Positions 47,259 through 58,020 of a stretch of 64,000 nucleotides of DNA are shown one piece after another. Where the stretch lies: IMG/VR virus record IMGVR_UViG_3300045988_184227; one strand, written 5' to 3'. A program made the position numbers and the translations under genes. The notes under the pieces were generated by a model. The model searched no databases. It worked only from the letters and a program-made list of their open reading frames with translations, and was not told where the DNA came from. Source of the stretch: a virus. The stretch's first letter is position 1; every line of letters begins with the position of its first letter.

Positions 47259-47369
47259 TTTATTTTCCTTCTTTCTATTTAAATAGTTTTATTTTTATTC
47301 TCTTAAATTATAACAGATTAGATAATAAAATCTTTAATAAAAAAAGAAGAGTTTGAACTCTCCCTTTTA

Positions 47370-47900
47370 CTATCGAGTAATAATATTTGGAAACTCACCG
47401 TTATTCAAAAAATTCTGATAAATTGACAACAACTTTTTCTTAATAAAACTTTTAAACTTGTAATTTATAAATCTATCAAGATAATAATCGTTAACTTCCA
47501 ACTTTCGATTTTCTGATCCGCTTAACAGGCTTTTTCCAAAAATCGCTCTAAACTGTCGAGTTTCACGACTTGAATTTAAGTGCAACTCACCCAATAAAAT
47601 AGGTTGACTCACACACAAATCTTCAGTAAATTTTGGAAGATAATCAATATCGTATTTGGAGAAGATTTCAAATGTGTTTGTTTCACAGAAGTAATAAATA
47701 AGAAAAACAGGAAGCTTCAATTCACTTACAGATCCAGCAGTAACACATACATAAGGATATTGATTTAGCTTCTTAATAGATAATCTAACAACATCCATAA
47801 ATTGTTCTGAAAGTGGATATTCTCCTTTTTGGATAATATCTTTTATTTGCTTCATCTGTTCAAACTGAGAAGATTCTTCTGTTTTTGTGTTTAAAACCAT
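47370..47900 (-). CDS. Hypothetical protein
   Basis: Leader CTGAATTTATTTCAG plus SD at 47901-47930. Confidence 0.5.
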   Translation of the reverse strand: MVLNTKTEESSQFEQMKQIKDIIQKGEYPLSEQFMDVVRLSIKKLNQYPYVCVTAGSVSELKLPVFLIYYFCETNTFEIFSKYDIDYLPKFTEDLCVSQPILLGELHLNSSRETRQFRAIFGKSLLSGSENRKLEVNDYYLDRFINYKFKSFIKKKLLSIYQNFLNNGEFPNIITR

Positions 47901-47975
47901 ATTTCCCTCTTTCTACTGAAATAAATTCAGATTTTTTAATTTCTTAAATTATAAAAGAGGAGGGAGGATACCCCC

Positions 47976-49781
47976 TCAGTTTTTCATCAATTCTAAAACA
48001 AGGTTTACAAATTCAAGTAAAATTTTAGGTTTTTCAAACTCGTCATAAATTCCATTCTCGATTCCGATCCTCAAATAATCAATCTGTTTTGAAAACAATT
48101 CTGGTTCTGAATTTTCAAGAATAACTTTCACTTTTCCAGGATTATTATCTTTAATTTCTTTGATTATTTTGATGTGATCCATAGTAGATTGATAATTAAA
48201 ATCAACTTCGTCAATTAACAACTTAAGGATTGTTTCAAACTCAAGTCTTATAAAAAGAGAACCACCTATCTTAACCGGAATATTATTGGATATGGATTTT
48301 AAAATCGCAAGATCCACGGTTGAGTGACCAAACGTAATAGAATTATTTTTACTTGTAAGGTTATACACCAAATCAATGTCAAGGTTAAATTCGCTTAATT
48401 TATCTAGCTCTTTATCCTTGATAAATAAGTCCAGCTCTTCCAAAATCAACTTTTTATTGTATGCGTCGCCAAGAAATACAGAACCTCTCCCAACCTTACC
48501 AATAGTAAGCCCATTTTGAAAATCATAAACTAAACGTTCAAGTTCTTTTTTGTTGAAATCTTTTGTTGCGGATTCAAGTAGCTTACTGAATAAAAGCTGA
48601 ACAAATTTTCCTTTCGTTCCTGTAGAGAAAAAGAATGATGTTGACAAATTTAAAGTACTCATTGTCGAGTTCATAAATCGTCCACCTGCAAGTTCACCTG
48701 TAATTTCCGCCAATCCTAAAACAACATTTTCTGCATTACTATTGAATGAAGATCTAGCTATCTCTCCTAATAATTCAATAAAAGCAGTTTGATTAGAATA
48801 ATACTTGCTATCTTCAAAATAAAGATTTTCACAACATACACTAGAACCTTTTAGGTAGAAAACACCAGCTTTTTCAGTAAAGAAATATTTTCTAAACCAA
48901 TTACAGATAAGTCCTAGAAGTTCACTTCGTGTAGACATAGTTTTTAAGCCGGTGTAACTATTTGCTTGAACAAACATATTAACGATATCAGTTTTAATAT
49001 CCGATAAATATTGGTTAAATTCTTCACGAAAAGTTGAGAGATAATCCCAAGACTCAAATTCAACAACCTTTACTTCTCCGTCATAGTCAGATGTTGATTT
49101 CAACGGGTCTGCTGTTTCAAAAAATAAATATCTATACATCCACTCTCGTTCGTTCTTTTTTAGCAACGATAATGGTGTATTAAAAATAAATTTAATATCT
49201 CTTTTAGGTGATGTAAGTAAACCTTCAGTACCTAGAACACCACTATGAAGAAAAGTTTCATCTTCTAAAACCAGTCGTTCGCAAACTAATTTAAGTTTTT
49301 CACGAACTCTTTTTGTCAAATATTCAACTATAAATTTCTTAGCTGAATCCTCATCGGTTAATTGAAGACCCTTCTTTTTCATACCCCAAGAATCATTGTA
49401 TTCGATTAATGAATAGCACTCTATAAGTTTTTTAGATTTTCTAGATTGATTTAGATTGAAAGTACCTAAATATAGGACATCTTTATCTAAAATGTTCTGA
49501 TGTTTAATATCATCCAACCTTTCACCTTTGATTAAAATGATCTTATCTTCTAAGAAACTATACCAAATTTGAAATTTGCTAAAATTAACTCCATCTAGTG
49601 AATTTTCGCTTGGATACCAAGGGGAAGTGAATCCTTTTAGTAATTTAAGTGAAAAATCTATATTATCTTCAGATACTGTAATGTTTTTGCCCTTAATCAA
49701 GGATTTGATTTTATCAATTCTTTCCCAACGAACCGGTTCCAATTCTCGTTCTGTTGAAATCGAATTACTTTTTACTACCAT
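47976..49781 (-). CDS. Paralog family C member 2
   Basis: IWYSFLEDKI. C-terminal IGIENGIYDEFEKPK. Leader CTGAATTTAATTCAG plus SD at 49782-49815. Confidence 0.6.
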   Translation of the reverse strand: MVVKSNSISTERELEPVRWERIDKIKSLIKGKNITVSEDNIDFSLKLLKGFTSPWYPSENSLDGVNFSKFQIWYSFLEDKIILIKGERLDDIKHQNILDKDVLYLGTFNLNQSRKSKKLIECYSLIEYNDSWGMKKKGLQLTDEDSAKKFIVEYLTKRVREKLKLVCERLVLEDETFLHSGVLGTEGLLTSPKRDIKFIFNTPLSLLKKNEREWMYRYLFFETADPLKSTSDYDGEVKVVEFESWDYLSTFREEFNQYLSDIKTDIVNMFVQANSYTGLKTMSTRSELLGLICNWFRKYFFTEKAGVFYLKGSSVCCENLYFEDSKYYSNQTAFIELLGEIARSSFNSNAENVVLGLAEITGELAGGRFMNSTMSTLNLSTSFFFSTGTKGKFVQLLFSKLLESATKDFNKKELERLVYDFQNGLTIGKVGRGSVFLGDAYNKKLILEELDLFIKDKELDKLSEFNLDIDLVYNLTSKNNSITFGHSTVDLAILKSISNNIPVKIGGSLFIRLEFETILKLLIDEVDFNYQSTMDHIKIIKEIKDNNPGKVKVILENSEPELFSKQIDYLRIGIENGIYDEFEKPKILLEFVNLVLELMKN

Positions 49782-49885
49782 TATTTTTCCTTCTTTCTAA
49801 CTGAATTAAATTCAGAATTATTATTTCTTAAATTATAATAGCAAGAAGTTGTCTCCTGAAATAAAAAAAGTAAAAGGAAAACCTT

Positions 49886-51631
49886 TTACTTTTTAAGATG
49901 ATCCGCCATTTTGACGATGAAATTGGAAAGGTATTTTGCATTAGGAAAGTTAGATAATGCTCCATTTTCAATACCGTATTTAAAAAACTCAAATACTTTT
50001 TGATAATCACCATCCTCTTCTTCTGTGAAGTTGATATCTAGATCATCAAAATTGTTTTTTGTTACTGCCGCAAAAGTTTCTAAACATTTTTGGCTCTGTC
50101 TAAAACGAAAATCTGATGTATCAAATAAAATAGATGTAAAACCAGATATGGATAAAGAAACCTTCTGTTTTTCTTTGAATTTGATATTCTGCCCCAACTC
50201 TTTTGCAAAACAAATTGCCCACTCATCGATTCTAGAAGATAAACTACTCACATTAAGAAATTCAAATTCAATCACGCCAATGTAATTTAAGGCTTTTAGA
50301 GGTAAACCGACCCTTTTGTGAAGAGTCCCCTTAATCATTTTGAACGTTTCAATATTTCTATTGACATAAAAACCAAATGATGTGCTCTCTTTATCAAAAA
50401 TGCAAATCTCATTCAAAAATTCTTCTTTATTAGATTCAATTAATTTTCCAAAAAACAAATCTATAAAATGTTCTGTTATAAACATTTTAAGTTTTTCTCG
50501 AATAGATTCCATCTCGGAGGTTAAATTATTAGCCTTAATATCCAATATTTTTGAAGCAAGCACATTCATCGTAGATTCATCAAAATTCTCGGATAAGAAT
50601 TTCATTAACGTATATAACAACGTTCCCCGATTTTTATCGAAATTGTGTGATCCAATCTGTTTCAAAAAATCAGTAAACAATAACAACTGATCAGAAAGAT
50701 GTTCATCTTTAATATCGTTCTTAATTTTAAAAACGGAATCATCCTGACAATATTCCATTACTTTAGAATTTAAAAATAATTCTTCGTAAGTATTAAAGAT
50801 AAAGTCTTTTGTTATTTTTAACAAAGAAAATTTGTCATTATACCCTTTACCATCATCAACAAAAGAATCAATCATTGTTGAACGAATAGTTTCTAAGAAA
50901 GTATCAACTTCTTCCTGAAATGAAGAGGTGTAATTTCTGTCTTCTGTATAGGATAAACTAAATTTTCCGCCAAACTGCAATTTATTAATATTTTTCCTTA
51001 TTAATAAATTGTAAACAGATTCACGTTCTTCCTTAGTCATTAAAATTAGTGGAGTATTATATAAATAATAGACGCTGGTGCCACCCAAGTTGTATATTTC
51101 TTTTAAAGGAACTAGCGTTCTTTCCTCATTCAATTCGGAATAGAATGTTGAGTTCTCCAATAATAACTTTTGAGACAAATCTTTCAACTGTTTTGTTGTA
51201 AAAGTAATAAGAAGTTTTTGTACATACTTCTCAACTAGCTCTTCATCTTTAACAAATAAAGTGTAGTCTTTAATTTCATAAAGTTCAACGAAACCCTTAT
51301 TGTTTCTTTTGCCATCGATTTCTAATTTCCCAATCATTAAAAGATCCAAAGATAAATACTTAGGGTCGGGATAAGAATAACCGTAACAATCCTCTGCGAA
51401 AACAAAAAACTTCTTCTCCTTAAAAGAGTACCAAACGTAATGAGTTTTAAATCTAATATTCCGGCACGGGTAAGTATAAGGTCCACTAGATACCTTTTGA
51501 TTAAACCGTTTAACCAAATTTTCGACACATTCCTGGTCAAAATTGTAATTCTTATCTTTAAGCAATTTAGACAACTCTTTAATCGCAAGAACACGGCGAT
51601 CATCTTTGATTAAAGTTGAATTTACTACCAT
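49886..51631 (-). CDS. Paralog family C member 3
   Basis: VWYSFKEKKF. C-terminal YGIENGALSNF. Confidence 0.6.
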   Translation of the reverse strand: MVVNSTLIKDDRRVLAIKELSKLLKDKNYNFDQECVENLVKRFNQKVSSGPYTYPCRNIRFKTHYVWYSFKEKKFFVFAEDCYGYSYPDPKYLSLDLLMIGKLEIDGKRNNKGFVELYEIKDYTLFVKDEELVEKYVQKLLITFTTKQLKDLSQKLLLENSTFYSELNEERTLVPLKEIYNLGGTSVYYLYNTPLILMTKEERESVYNLLIRKNINKLQFGGKFSLSYTEDRNYTSSFQEEVDTFLETIRSTMIDSFVDDGKGYNDKFSLLKITKDFIFNTYEELFLNSKVMEYCQDDSVFKIKNDIKDEHLSDQLLLFTDFLKQIGSHNFDKNRGTLLYTLMKFLSENFDESTMNVLASKILDIKANNLTSEMESIREKLKMFITEHFIDLFFGKLIESNKEEFLNEICIFDKESTSFGFYVNRNIETFKMIKGTLHKRVGLPLKALNYIGVIEFEFLNVSSLSSRIDEWAICFAKELGQNIKFKEKQKVSLSISGFTSILFDTSDFRFRQSQKCLETFAAVTKNNFDDLDINFTEEEDGDYQKVFEFFKYGIENGALSNFPNAKYLSNFIVKMADHLKK

Positions 51632-51761
51632 TTTTTCCTTCTTTCTAGCTGTAATAATAACAGCGAAATATTATTTCTTTAATTATAACAGACTTGAATT
51701 TGCTTTTATAATTAAAGAAATAATAAATCTGAATTTATTTCAGTAGAAAGAAGGTATTAAA

Positions 51762-53057
51762 ATGAAAGAAACAGGAAATTTACTGTTGGAAATAGACAAG
51801 ATGGTTCTTGACGCTGTTAACAATGGCGCAAAACTATTGCTACCAACAGAAAATCTCTTTCCAAAATCAATAGTAGAGGCTGGCGTTGGCGGAAATTCAA
51901 CAATTATTTTATTTTGTTTTGTAGACAATAATTTCTATCTAACATCAAGTAGTTTTGATTATCCGCTTGATAGATTCGTTGCGGTTGCCTACGGTAACAG
52001 TGTTGATGATGTACTATATAATAGCACACACGTATCCATCGAAACTCTTCGTGTTGAATTGAATTATCGAGCTACATCCTTGGATTCTGTTGTAGACGAA
52101 CACGCCTTTAATCTTATGAACATTTTTAAAAACTCACCTCAAAGTGATGAGGGTAATAAAAAGCGCATTAAGATTCTGGAGATAATTCCCTTATCCGACG
52201 AAGAAAATTATAAATATCCATACAATAAGGATATTCGTAAAAAATTCGTAGATCATTTTACAAAATTTTTCTTGGATGAATGCGCAGACGAATTTTACGG
52301 AGCTCTCAGCTGGTATTATAACAATGCAGAAACCAAAAACTTTTCTTTGACAGGTTTAACATTGGAATTGTTGCAAAATGAAAAAAATTGGGATTCGTTT
52401 TTCTGTAAAATTGGATATCCAATCGATGATCTTGTTATTGAGGGAATATTGATGAATTTATTTGAAACAAGAGATGATGTTTGCAATTTTTTAAATAAAT
52501 TTATTGATTACCACAAAAGAAAGGGTTTTACTCCAACATTCAACGCATTCAATTTCTCTCTTTTTGTTGATTATCTATCTGTTTATTTTTCAGATGATAA
52601 ATACTATCTGGATTTGTTTAAGAAAAATAGTTTTAAACTCATTCTAGACTTTGTTTTGAAGAATCATTACGACAAAAATAATGATTTTATTTACGAAAAA
52701 ATAACTGAATATAACAAAAATATTGATGTGAGCCTTTGGACTGAATTTATTGAAGAAGGTATCCTGGAAATAAAAGGTCTTTCGGAAGAACTGGCTTATT
52801 TATCAGATAGAAAAATAGAAGATTTTTATGTTAAAATTTTTGGAAAGGTTGATAAAGTACTCTGTTCAAAAGAACTTTTGAATTATTATATTTTTCTAAA
52901 AATTTACAAAGGTATCAACGATTTAGTTGATAAAGACAAATCAATAGAACAACAAATCAAGGACAAGAAAAATAGAGCTATTTTGAGTAAAAAAATAAAA
53001 TCTATTAACGACATTCTTGCCGGCTTGAAATTCTTGGAAAAGAAAAATTTTATCTAA
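51762..53057 (+). CDS. Paralog family B member 3
   Basis: LLLEIDKMVLDAV...IILFCFVDNNFYLTSSSFDYPLDRFVAVAYG. Leader CTGAATTTATTTCAG plus SD at 51729-51752. Confidence 0.6.
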   Translation: MKETGNLLLEIDKMVLDAVNNGAKLLLPTENLFPKSIVEAGVGGNSTIILFCFVDNNFYLTSSSFDYPLDRFVAVAYGNSVDDVLYNSTHVSIETLRVELNYRATSLDSVVDEHAFNLMNIFKNSPQSDEGNKKRIKILEIIPLSDEENYKYPYNKDIRKKFVDHFTKFFLDECADEFYGALSWYYNNAETKNFSLTGLTLELLQNEKNWDSFFCKIGYPIDDLVIEGILMNLFETRDDVCNFLNKFIDYHKRKGFTPTFNAFNFSLFVDYLSVYFSDDKYYLDLFKKNSFKLILDFVLKNHYDKNNDFIYEKITEYNKNIDVSLWTEFIEEGILEIKGLSEELAYLSDRKIEDFYVKIFGKVDKVLCSKELLNYYIFLKIYKGINDLVDKDKSIEQQIKDKKNRAILSKKIKSINDILAGLKFLEKKNFI

Positions 53058-53059
53058 AT

Positions 53060-53090
53060 AAAAAACAGCTTAAAAGCTGTTTTTTTGTTT
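53060..53090. terminator. Bidirectional terminator between convergent genes
   Basis: AAACAGCTTAAAAGCTGTTT hairpin flanked by A and T runs. Confidence 0.65.
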
Positions 53091-54649
53091 TAAAAGGTGA
53101 TTTTATTGAATGTCGACTCTTCCTTAACCATCCAATAATCATCATCCCAGTCAAGATCATCCTCATTCAAAGAGAAACCTGAATCATCTAAAACCTTAGA
53201 AAATTCAATTTTTGGTTCTAACTTTCCATAATCAGATTTCGCCATAAGTTCCATCTTTTTAATTAGAAATTCAATATCCATTTTGTATATTTGGAGATCG
53301 ATAGAATCTTCTGAAACTAATTGAGAAAATAACTCACAAGACTTTTGATGTTCAAGTAAGAAATTCTTTGCTGTTTCTGATTCAGAATAGAAACGGAGCT
53401 CATTATTGATTTTTGATAATCCCTCTTCTCCACTTCGACCAAAAGTTTTAAGAGTGAAAACATCGACTAACGAAAAGTTCTTATAAGCAAATTTAACATC
53501 ATCCTTGATTTCAAGGAGTTTTTCTAAAAATTTATTATAAATCTTTAGACTGACAAGTGTTTTTCTTAAATCATCAAGAGTCGAGCTTGAATGATAACCT
53601 GTAAACTTATGAGCCCAATCCTTCGACAATTCCCCAGAAAAATCCTGGAACAAACAGATAGGTTTATTCTTTTCGCTGAGAACTTTTTTAAGCGCAATAA
53701 CTAGTCTGCTGATCAAATCATCCAAAAAGTCTTCGTCCACCCCATACGTTGAATTTGGTTTAAATTCAACAAAATTCAACAATCTAATTAATTCTGCATT
53801 AAAGCGGAGATATTTATCATCTTCGATGTTTGAATCTGATATTAGAGAGTTTGCGTATTTATAAAAGCAAAAGTCTAAAAGTTCTTCAAATTCATCTTGG
53901 TGATTCTTTTTAAATTGACAAAAAGATTTGATATATTTTAATATATAAACAATATCACTATCTCTGTAACGAACGTCTTCGACAAAATCGATTTTGACAT
54001 ATTCACGTATAGAGTCGATAATCGTATCCTTTCCAAAGAAAGATAGTAGAACCTTAGAGCTGTAATTAATTTCGTGCTCATTTTTTTGATTTTTTAAAAT
54101 ATTAGACCAAGAGGCGGCTGGAGATGAAACCAAAACACTCTTTAGCTTGTCTACTAGGATTTTTTCAAGCCCTGAAGTATCATCAGAATTGATAATTGAA
54201 TCAATTGATTGAAATTTAGTAACATAATCAATATAGTTAATTTCATTGCTGATCGTGCTATACTGCTTATTCAATCCTTCATTGTTAAATTTAGTACCAT
54301 CATCATAAACATTTGATAACTCCTCAATCAAAATGCTCTTTAATTTTGAAATCCGATTTTCCTTATTGTTATTACCGGATAAATCAGCGATGACACTTAG
54401 ACCAGTAGATATAGATTCTAAACCATCAGGTCTATACTTTGTATTGTAAAAATTATTTTGTTGGGCGTTTGCGATTTCAATTTTTTTTGATTTTTCATTA
54501 ATGAAATACAACTTTTTCTTGTTGCCATCATCAATAACATCGATATCGCCAATGACAAACTCCCAATCGCTAGGATTACCTAACATCACAACCAAATCTC
54601 TAATATGCTGGAGATATAGAGATAAAACGCTGTTTTTACTTTGTTTCAT
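53090..54649 (-). CDS. Paralog family D member 1
   Basis: WEFVIGDIDVIDDGNKKKLYF aligns with CKFIFGDLEILKDGGGEDLISV of 56706-57968. Confidence 0.55.
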   Translation of the reverse strand: MKQSKNSVLSLYLQHIRDLVVMLGNPSDWEFVIGDIDVIDDGNKKKLYFINEKSKKIEIANAQQNNFYNTKYRPDGLESISTGLSVIADLSGNNNKENRISKLKSILIEELSNVYDDGTKFNNEGLNKQYSTISNEINYIDYVTKFQSIDSIINSDDTSGLEKILVDKLKSVLVSSPAASWSNILKNQKNEHEINYSSKVLLSFFGKDTIIDSIREYVKIDFVEDVRYRDSDIVYILKYIKSFCQFKKNHQDEFEELLDFCFYKYANSLISDSNIEDDKYLRFNAELIRLLNFVEFKPNSTYGVDEDFLDDLISRLVIALKKVLSEKNKPICLFQDFSGELSKDWAHKFTGYHSSSTLDDLRKTLVSLKIYNKFLEKLLEIKDDVKFAYKNFSLVDVFTLKTFGRSGEEGLSKINNELRFYSESETAKNFLLEHQKSCELFSQLVSEDSIDLQIYKMDIEFLIKKMELMAKSDYGKLEPKIEFSKVLDDSGFSLNEDDLDWDDDYWMVKEESTFNKITF

Positions 54650-54777
54650 TATTACCTTCTTTCTGTAACTTTTAAAGTTACTATTTTTTCTTTAATTATA
54701 ACAGTCTTGTTTATTCTTCTATAATTTTAAAAATATTGATATTGAGTGTATACCGCACTCTAGAAAGAGGGAATGAA

Positions 54778-55767
54778 ATGGTAAAAACAAAGAAAGTATT
54801 TTCAAAAACGTTAGCTGCACTTGACATCCTTGGAGTTCCTTATATTGTAAAAGGACGAAATGCTCAGTTAGTTGATCACGATTCGCTTCAAATTACCCTT
54901 GAGGGTGAATACAAAGACGCTTGGTTCCGATGGTCAACAAAAGAAGGTGGCCGTGGGGTCGATACTCTTGTAACCTATTTGATGAAACAGGGGATCGTTG
55001 ACAAAAAAGCAGCGCTTAATTTCTTAGGCGGAAAGACCAACGGAAAGTCTTACAAACTTAAAGAGGTTGATCTAAAAATTGCAGAAGATTCCAACTTCGA
55101 CGAGATTGTGTATGACCCGAACGCTTGGCAAACTAAAGAGTATCTGATTGATGAACGCAAACTAAATGAAATGTTAGTAGATGTTGTATTCAAACGAGGA
55201 CTTATTTTAGAAAACGCCTCTGGAAACTTAGTCTTTTTGCAGCTGGATAAGGACGGAAATCGTATCGGAGCTGAGGTTATCGGGACACATCCTGACAAAG
55301 ATGGTAATCGTATTCGATTAAATATGCCAGGATCTAAAGGGTTCTTTTATATCCTTGGAAAGGACTGTGATTCTCTTAAAGATGTAGAACGGATTGTCTT
55401 TTGCGAGGGTGTTATCGACCTCTTATCATACGTGGAACTAATCGGTTATTCTGATTCTGTACGAGATAAGATTCCTTACAGCATTCCAAAATCAGAATCT
55501 AAGACTATGTATGTTGCAATTGGTGGATCATTAACAAAGGTTGAGCGAATCATCGAACAACTAACTACTGGATTTGGTTTGAATCTCAAGGAGTTACACC
55601 TTATCATTGCAACTGACAACGATGAGGCAGGAAATAAAGCTTATGACTTATTTAAGGAACATTTTCCTAACTCTATCAGAGAAAAACCGGATTCACGGAC
55701 TGTACCTGTAAAAGATTGGAATGATTTGCTTAAACTGATTAAGAAGGGAAGTGATTCTGATGAGTAA
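54778..55767 (+). CDS. Toprim-domain protein (DnaG/TraC-like primase fold). Start refined to the MVKTKK Met.
   Basis: IVFCEGVIDLLSY (Toprim Glu) and IIATDNDEAGNKA (DxD). Leader GAGTGTATACCGCACTC palindrome plus SD. Confidence 0.6.
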   Translation: MVKTKKVFSKTLAALDILGVPYIVKGRNAQLVDHDSLQITLEGEYKDAWFRWSTKEGGRGVDTLVTYLMKQGIVDKKAALNFLGGKTNGKSYKLKEVDLKIAEDSNFDEIVYDPNAWQTKEYLIDERKLNEMLVDVVFKRGLILENASGNLVFLQLDKDGNRIGAEVIGTHPDKDGNRIRLNMPGSKGFFYILGKDCDSLKDVERIVFCEGVIDLLSYVELIGYSDSVRDKIPYSIPKSESKTMYVAIGGSLTKVERIIEQLTTGFGLNLKELHLIIATDNDEAGNKAYDLFKEHFPNSIREKPDSRTVPVKDWNDLLKLIKKGSDSDE

Positions 55768-56665
55768 AACAGAAGAGAAGAAACTATCCCAGAACATTAA
55801 GAAAGAAATCAATCGATACACGGTTAAAAAGATTTTTACAACTGAAACTGCAAAGGATTTGGCTGAAAAGTTGTTTATTCTTGCGGGTGGCGATCAGGAA
55901 CCTTACAAACTTAAAACTGGAAAGAATAAAGGTTTGTTCCGGATTCCAAAGGCTCAAGCATACGATATCATTATCGAATATTGGGATTATAACATTGCAC
56001 TCCAGTTTGCACGAAATGAACTGATGACAGTATTACCTAACGGTAAGTATAAGTACGATAAGTACAATCAGTATCGAACGGCGGAGCGCAATTATCGTCT
56101 AGAATCACAACAGGAAAATTTCTGGGCCAATCGTCAAGGTAACTTAGACCAAACCATTCAACAAATTAACCGTCGCTACTGTATCTCACGTCGAACACGT
56201 GAGAAACTGGTAGTAGAGATGGCGCTTAATCAACTTAGCGTGACACACTTCAATGCACTACGAAATGATTTTATCGAGTATGAGATTTTTAAAAACAATT
56301 CGGAAGTGTTCCCAACGTTGAAACATAGTGCCGGTTTGGACTATTTTGTTGATGGCGTACCATACGATCAGAAAGTTTCTCGTAGCCTCGGTGCTATGTT
56401 TGAAAAGGATTACGATTCGCACGATGAGGCAGTAAAAGCAGCTCGAAATAATCCTAGCAAACTTGCACAAAGTCTATTTGAAAATCAGGATGTTTACCGA
56501 CTTGAAAAGGGTGATATCTGTAACCGACTTTACGTTGTTTACTTGGATGAGAGTAGCTTTGAAAACATCAAGTTTAGCACACGAAGGATTACAAACAAGG
56601 AGGTGACAATGGTTCACTTCCCGGACAAACCGGATTGCTACAAGGCAATGGTGGTTTTCGTCTAA
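55760..56665 (+). CDS. Hypothetical protein
   Basis: Overlaps the stop of the upstream gene. Start ambiguous between 55751 and 55760. Confidence 0.5.
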   Translation: MSKTEEKKLSQNIKKEINRYTVKKIFTTETAKDLAEKLFILAGGDQEPYKLKTGKNKGLFRIPKAQAYDIIIEYWDYNIALQFARNELMTVLPNGKYKYDKYNQYRTAERNYRLESQQENFWANRQGNLDQTIQQINRRYCISRRTREKLVVEMALNQLSVTHFNALRNDFIEYEIFKNNSEVFPTLKHSAGLDYFVDGVPYDQKVSRSLGAMFEKDYDSHDEAVKAARNNPSKLAQSLFENQDVYRLEKGDICNRLYVVYLDESSFENIKFSTRRITNKEVTMVHFPDKPDCYKAMVVFV

Positions 56666-56705
56666 AACACAAAAAAGAAAAGAGGTTTTGCCCCTTTTCT
56701 TTTTT

Positions 56706-57968
56706 TTATTTTAATTTTAATAAAGCCTCGATTGCGTTGATAATCTTATCGTAATTCTCATCTTTAACAATTAAAGAATCATAATCAATAATTGCTGTAT
56801 AAAATTCAGATAGGAAATCAAACAAGCGGTTCGTCCCTTCAATCAAATCAAAGAACTTTTTACTTTCGAGTTGAATCAACGTATCTGTTGCTTTTACCAA
56901 TCCAATCATAAATTTAGTTCTACTATTTTTTGATTTTGCTTTGGATAATTCTCTAAACTCTACGGTATCAAGATCAACTTGCTTTTTAACTCCAAATTCG
57001 TTTTCAATATCGATAATCAAATAAACGAAATCATCTTTATTTTCAGAATTTGCATAGTAGAAGTCGTGAATAAAAGAGTGTTGTCGTTTCATTTGGAATT
57101 TTTTCCAAAACTCATCGGTGGCACATTCAAATCCGTGATACTTATATATCAACTGAACTAATCCGTAATCCAATTGAAGCTTGGAAGCATATTCAGGCTT
57201 TAGAATATTATCTCGAATATAATCTTTGGGTAGATTTTTGATTCCATTTTCGTAATCCATCCAATCAGTCGGATAGTAAGATTGTGGAGTAATAATCGTT
57301 TTAGAAATTTCGTACTCAAAATTCTTAATCGAATTATTTTTAACCCAATCAAGATAGTCTGTATCAATAAATAGATTGTTTTTTTCAAAACGTTCAGATT
57401 TTGATAGTAGACTTAAATAGCTGGATAATTTATAGTGTTTACTATCACTAAGACCCCTTAACCATTCCAAAAAACGACTGTTCGCTTTTAAAATTTCATC
57501 TACAAACTCATCATCCTCAAGCTCCACCGACCTATCTGTTCGCTTTTGAATAACGAATTGTAAATCATCCTTGTCCGCTTCAAGAAAGATGGTATCAATA
57601 ACATCCTTTGTTAATTGATTTAAGGTGAAATATTTCAAGGTTTTCTTTAAATAGTTATTTAGAATCTCCTTTTTCTTATCAATAGGATGATTGACATAAA
57701 ACTCGATATCTAAATATAAACCCAAAGGTGTACAATCCGAATTTAATCTGTTGATATATTTATCAATCGGATCACTGCTATTTTTATATCCGTTTTCGTT
57801 TTTAAACAAATAAGAGTTTAAAACTCGAGAGTAGTGGACGGAAATGAGATCTTCGCCACCGCCGTCTTTCAAAATCTCTAAATCGCCAAAAATAAATTTG
57901 CAATCATCAATGGCTTTTTCAGCTTGATTTAGGATAAAGAAATTATTATCCTTCGTGTTTTTTACCAT
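56706..57968 (-). CDS. Paralog family D member 2. Start refined to MVKNTKD.
   Basis: RBS AGAAAGAAGG 8 nt upstream of the Met at 57968. N-terminal FGDLEILKDGGG motif. Confidence 0.55.
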   Translation of the reverse strand: MVKNTKDNNFFILNQAEKAIDDCKFIFGDLEILKDGGGEDLISVHYSRVLNSYLFKNENGYKNSSDPIDKYINRLNSDCTPLGLYLDIEFYVNHPIDKKKEILNNYLKKTLKYFTLNQLTKDVIDTIFLEADKDDLQFVIQKRTDRSVELEDDEFVDEILKANSRFLEWLRGLSDSKHYKLSSYLSLLSKSERFEKNNLFIDTDYLDWVKNNSIKNFEYEISKTIITPQSYYPTDWMDYENGIKNLPKDYIRDNILKPEYASKLQLDYGLVQLIYKYHGFECATDEFWKKFQMKRQHSFIHDFYYANSENKDDFVYLIIDIENEFGVKKQVDLDTVEFRELSKAKSKNSRTKFMIGLVKATDTLIQLESKKFFDLIEGTNRLFDFLSEFYTAIIDYDSLIVKDENYDKIINAIEALLKLK

Positions 57969-58020
57969 TATTTTCCTTCTTTCTAAAAGTATTAAACTTA
58001 TTTTCTTCAATTATAAGAGA

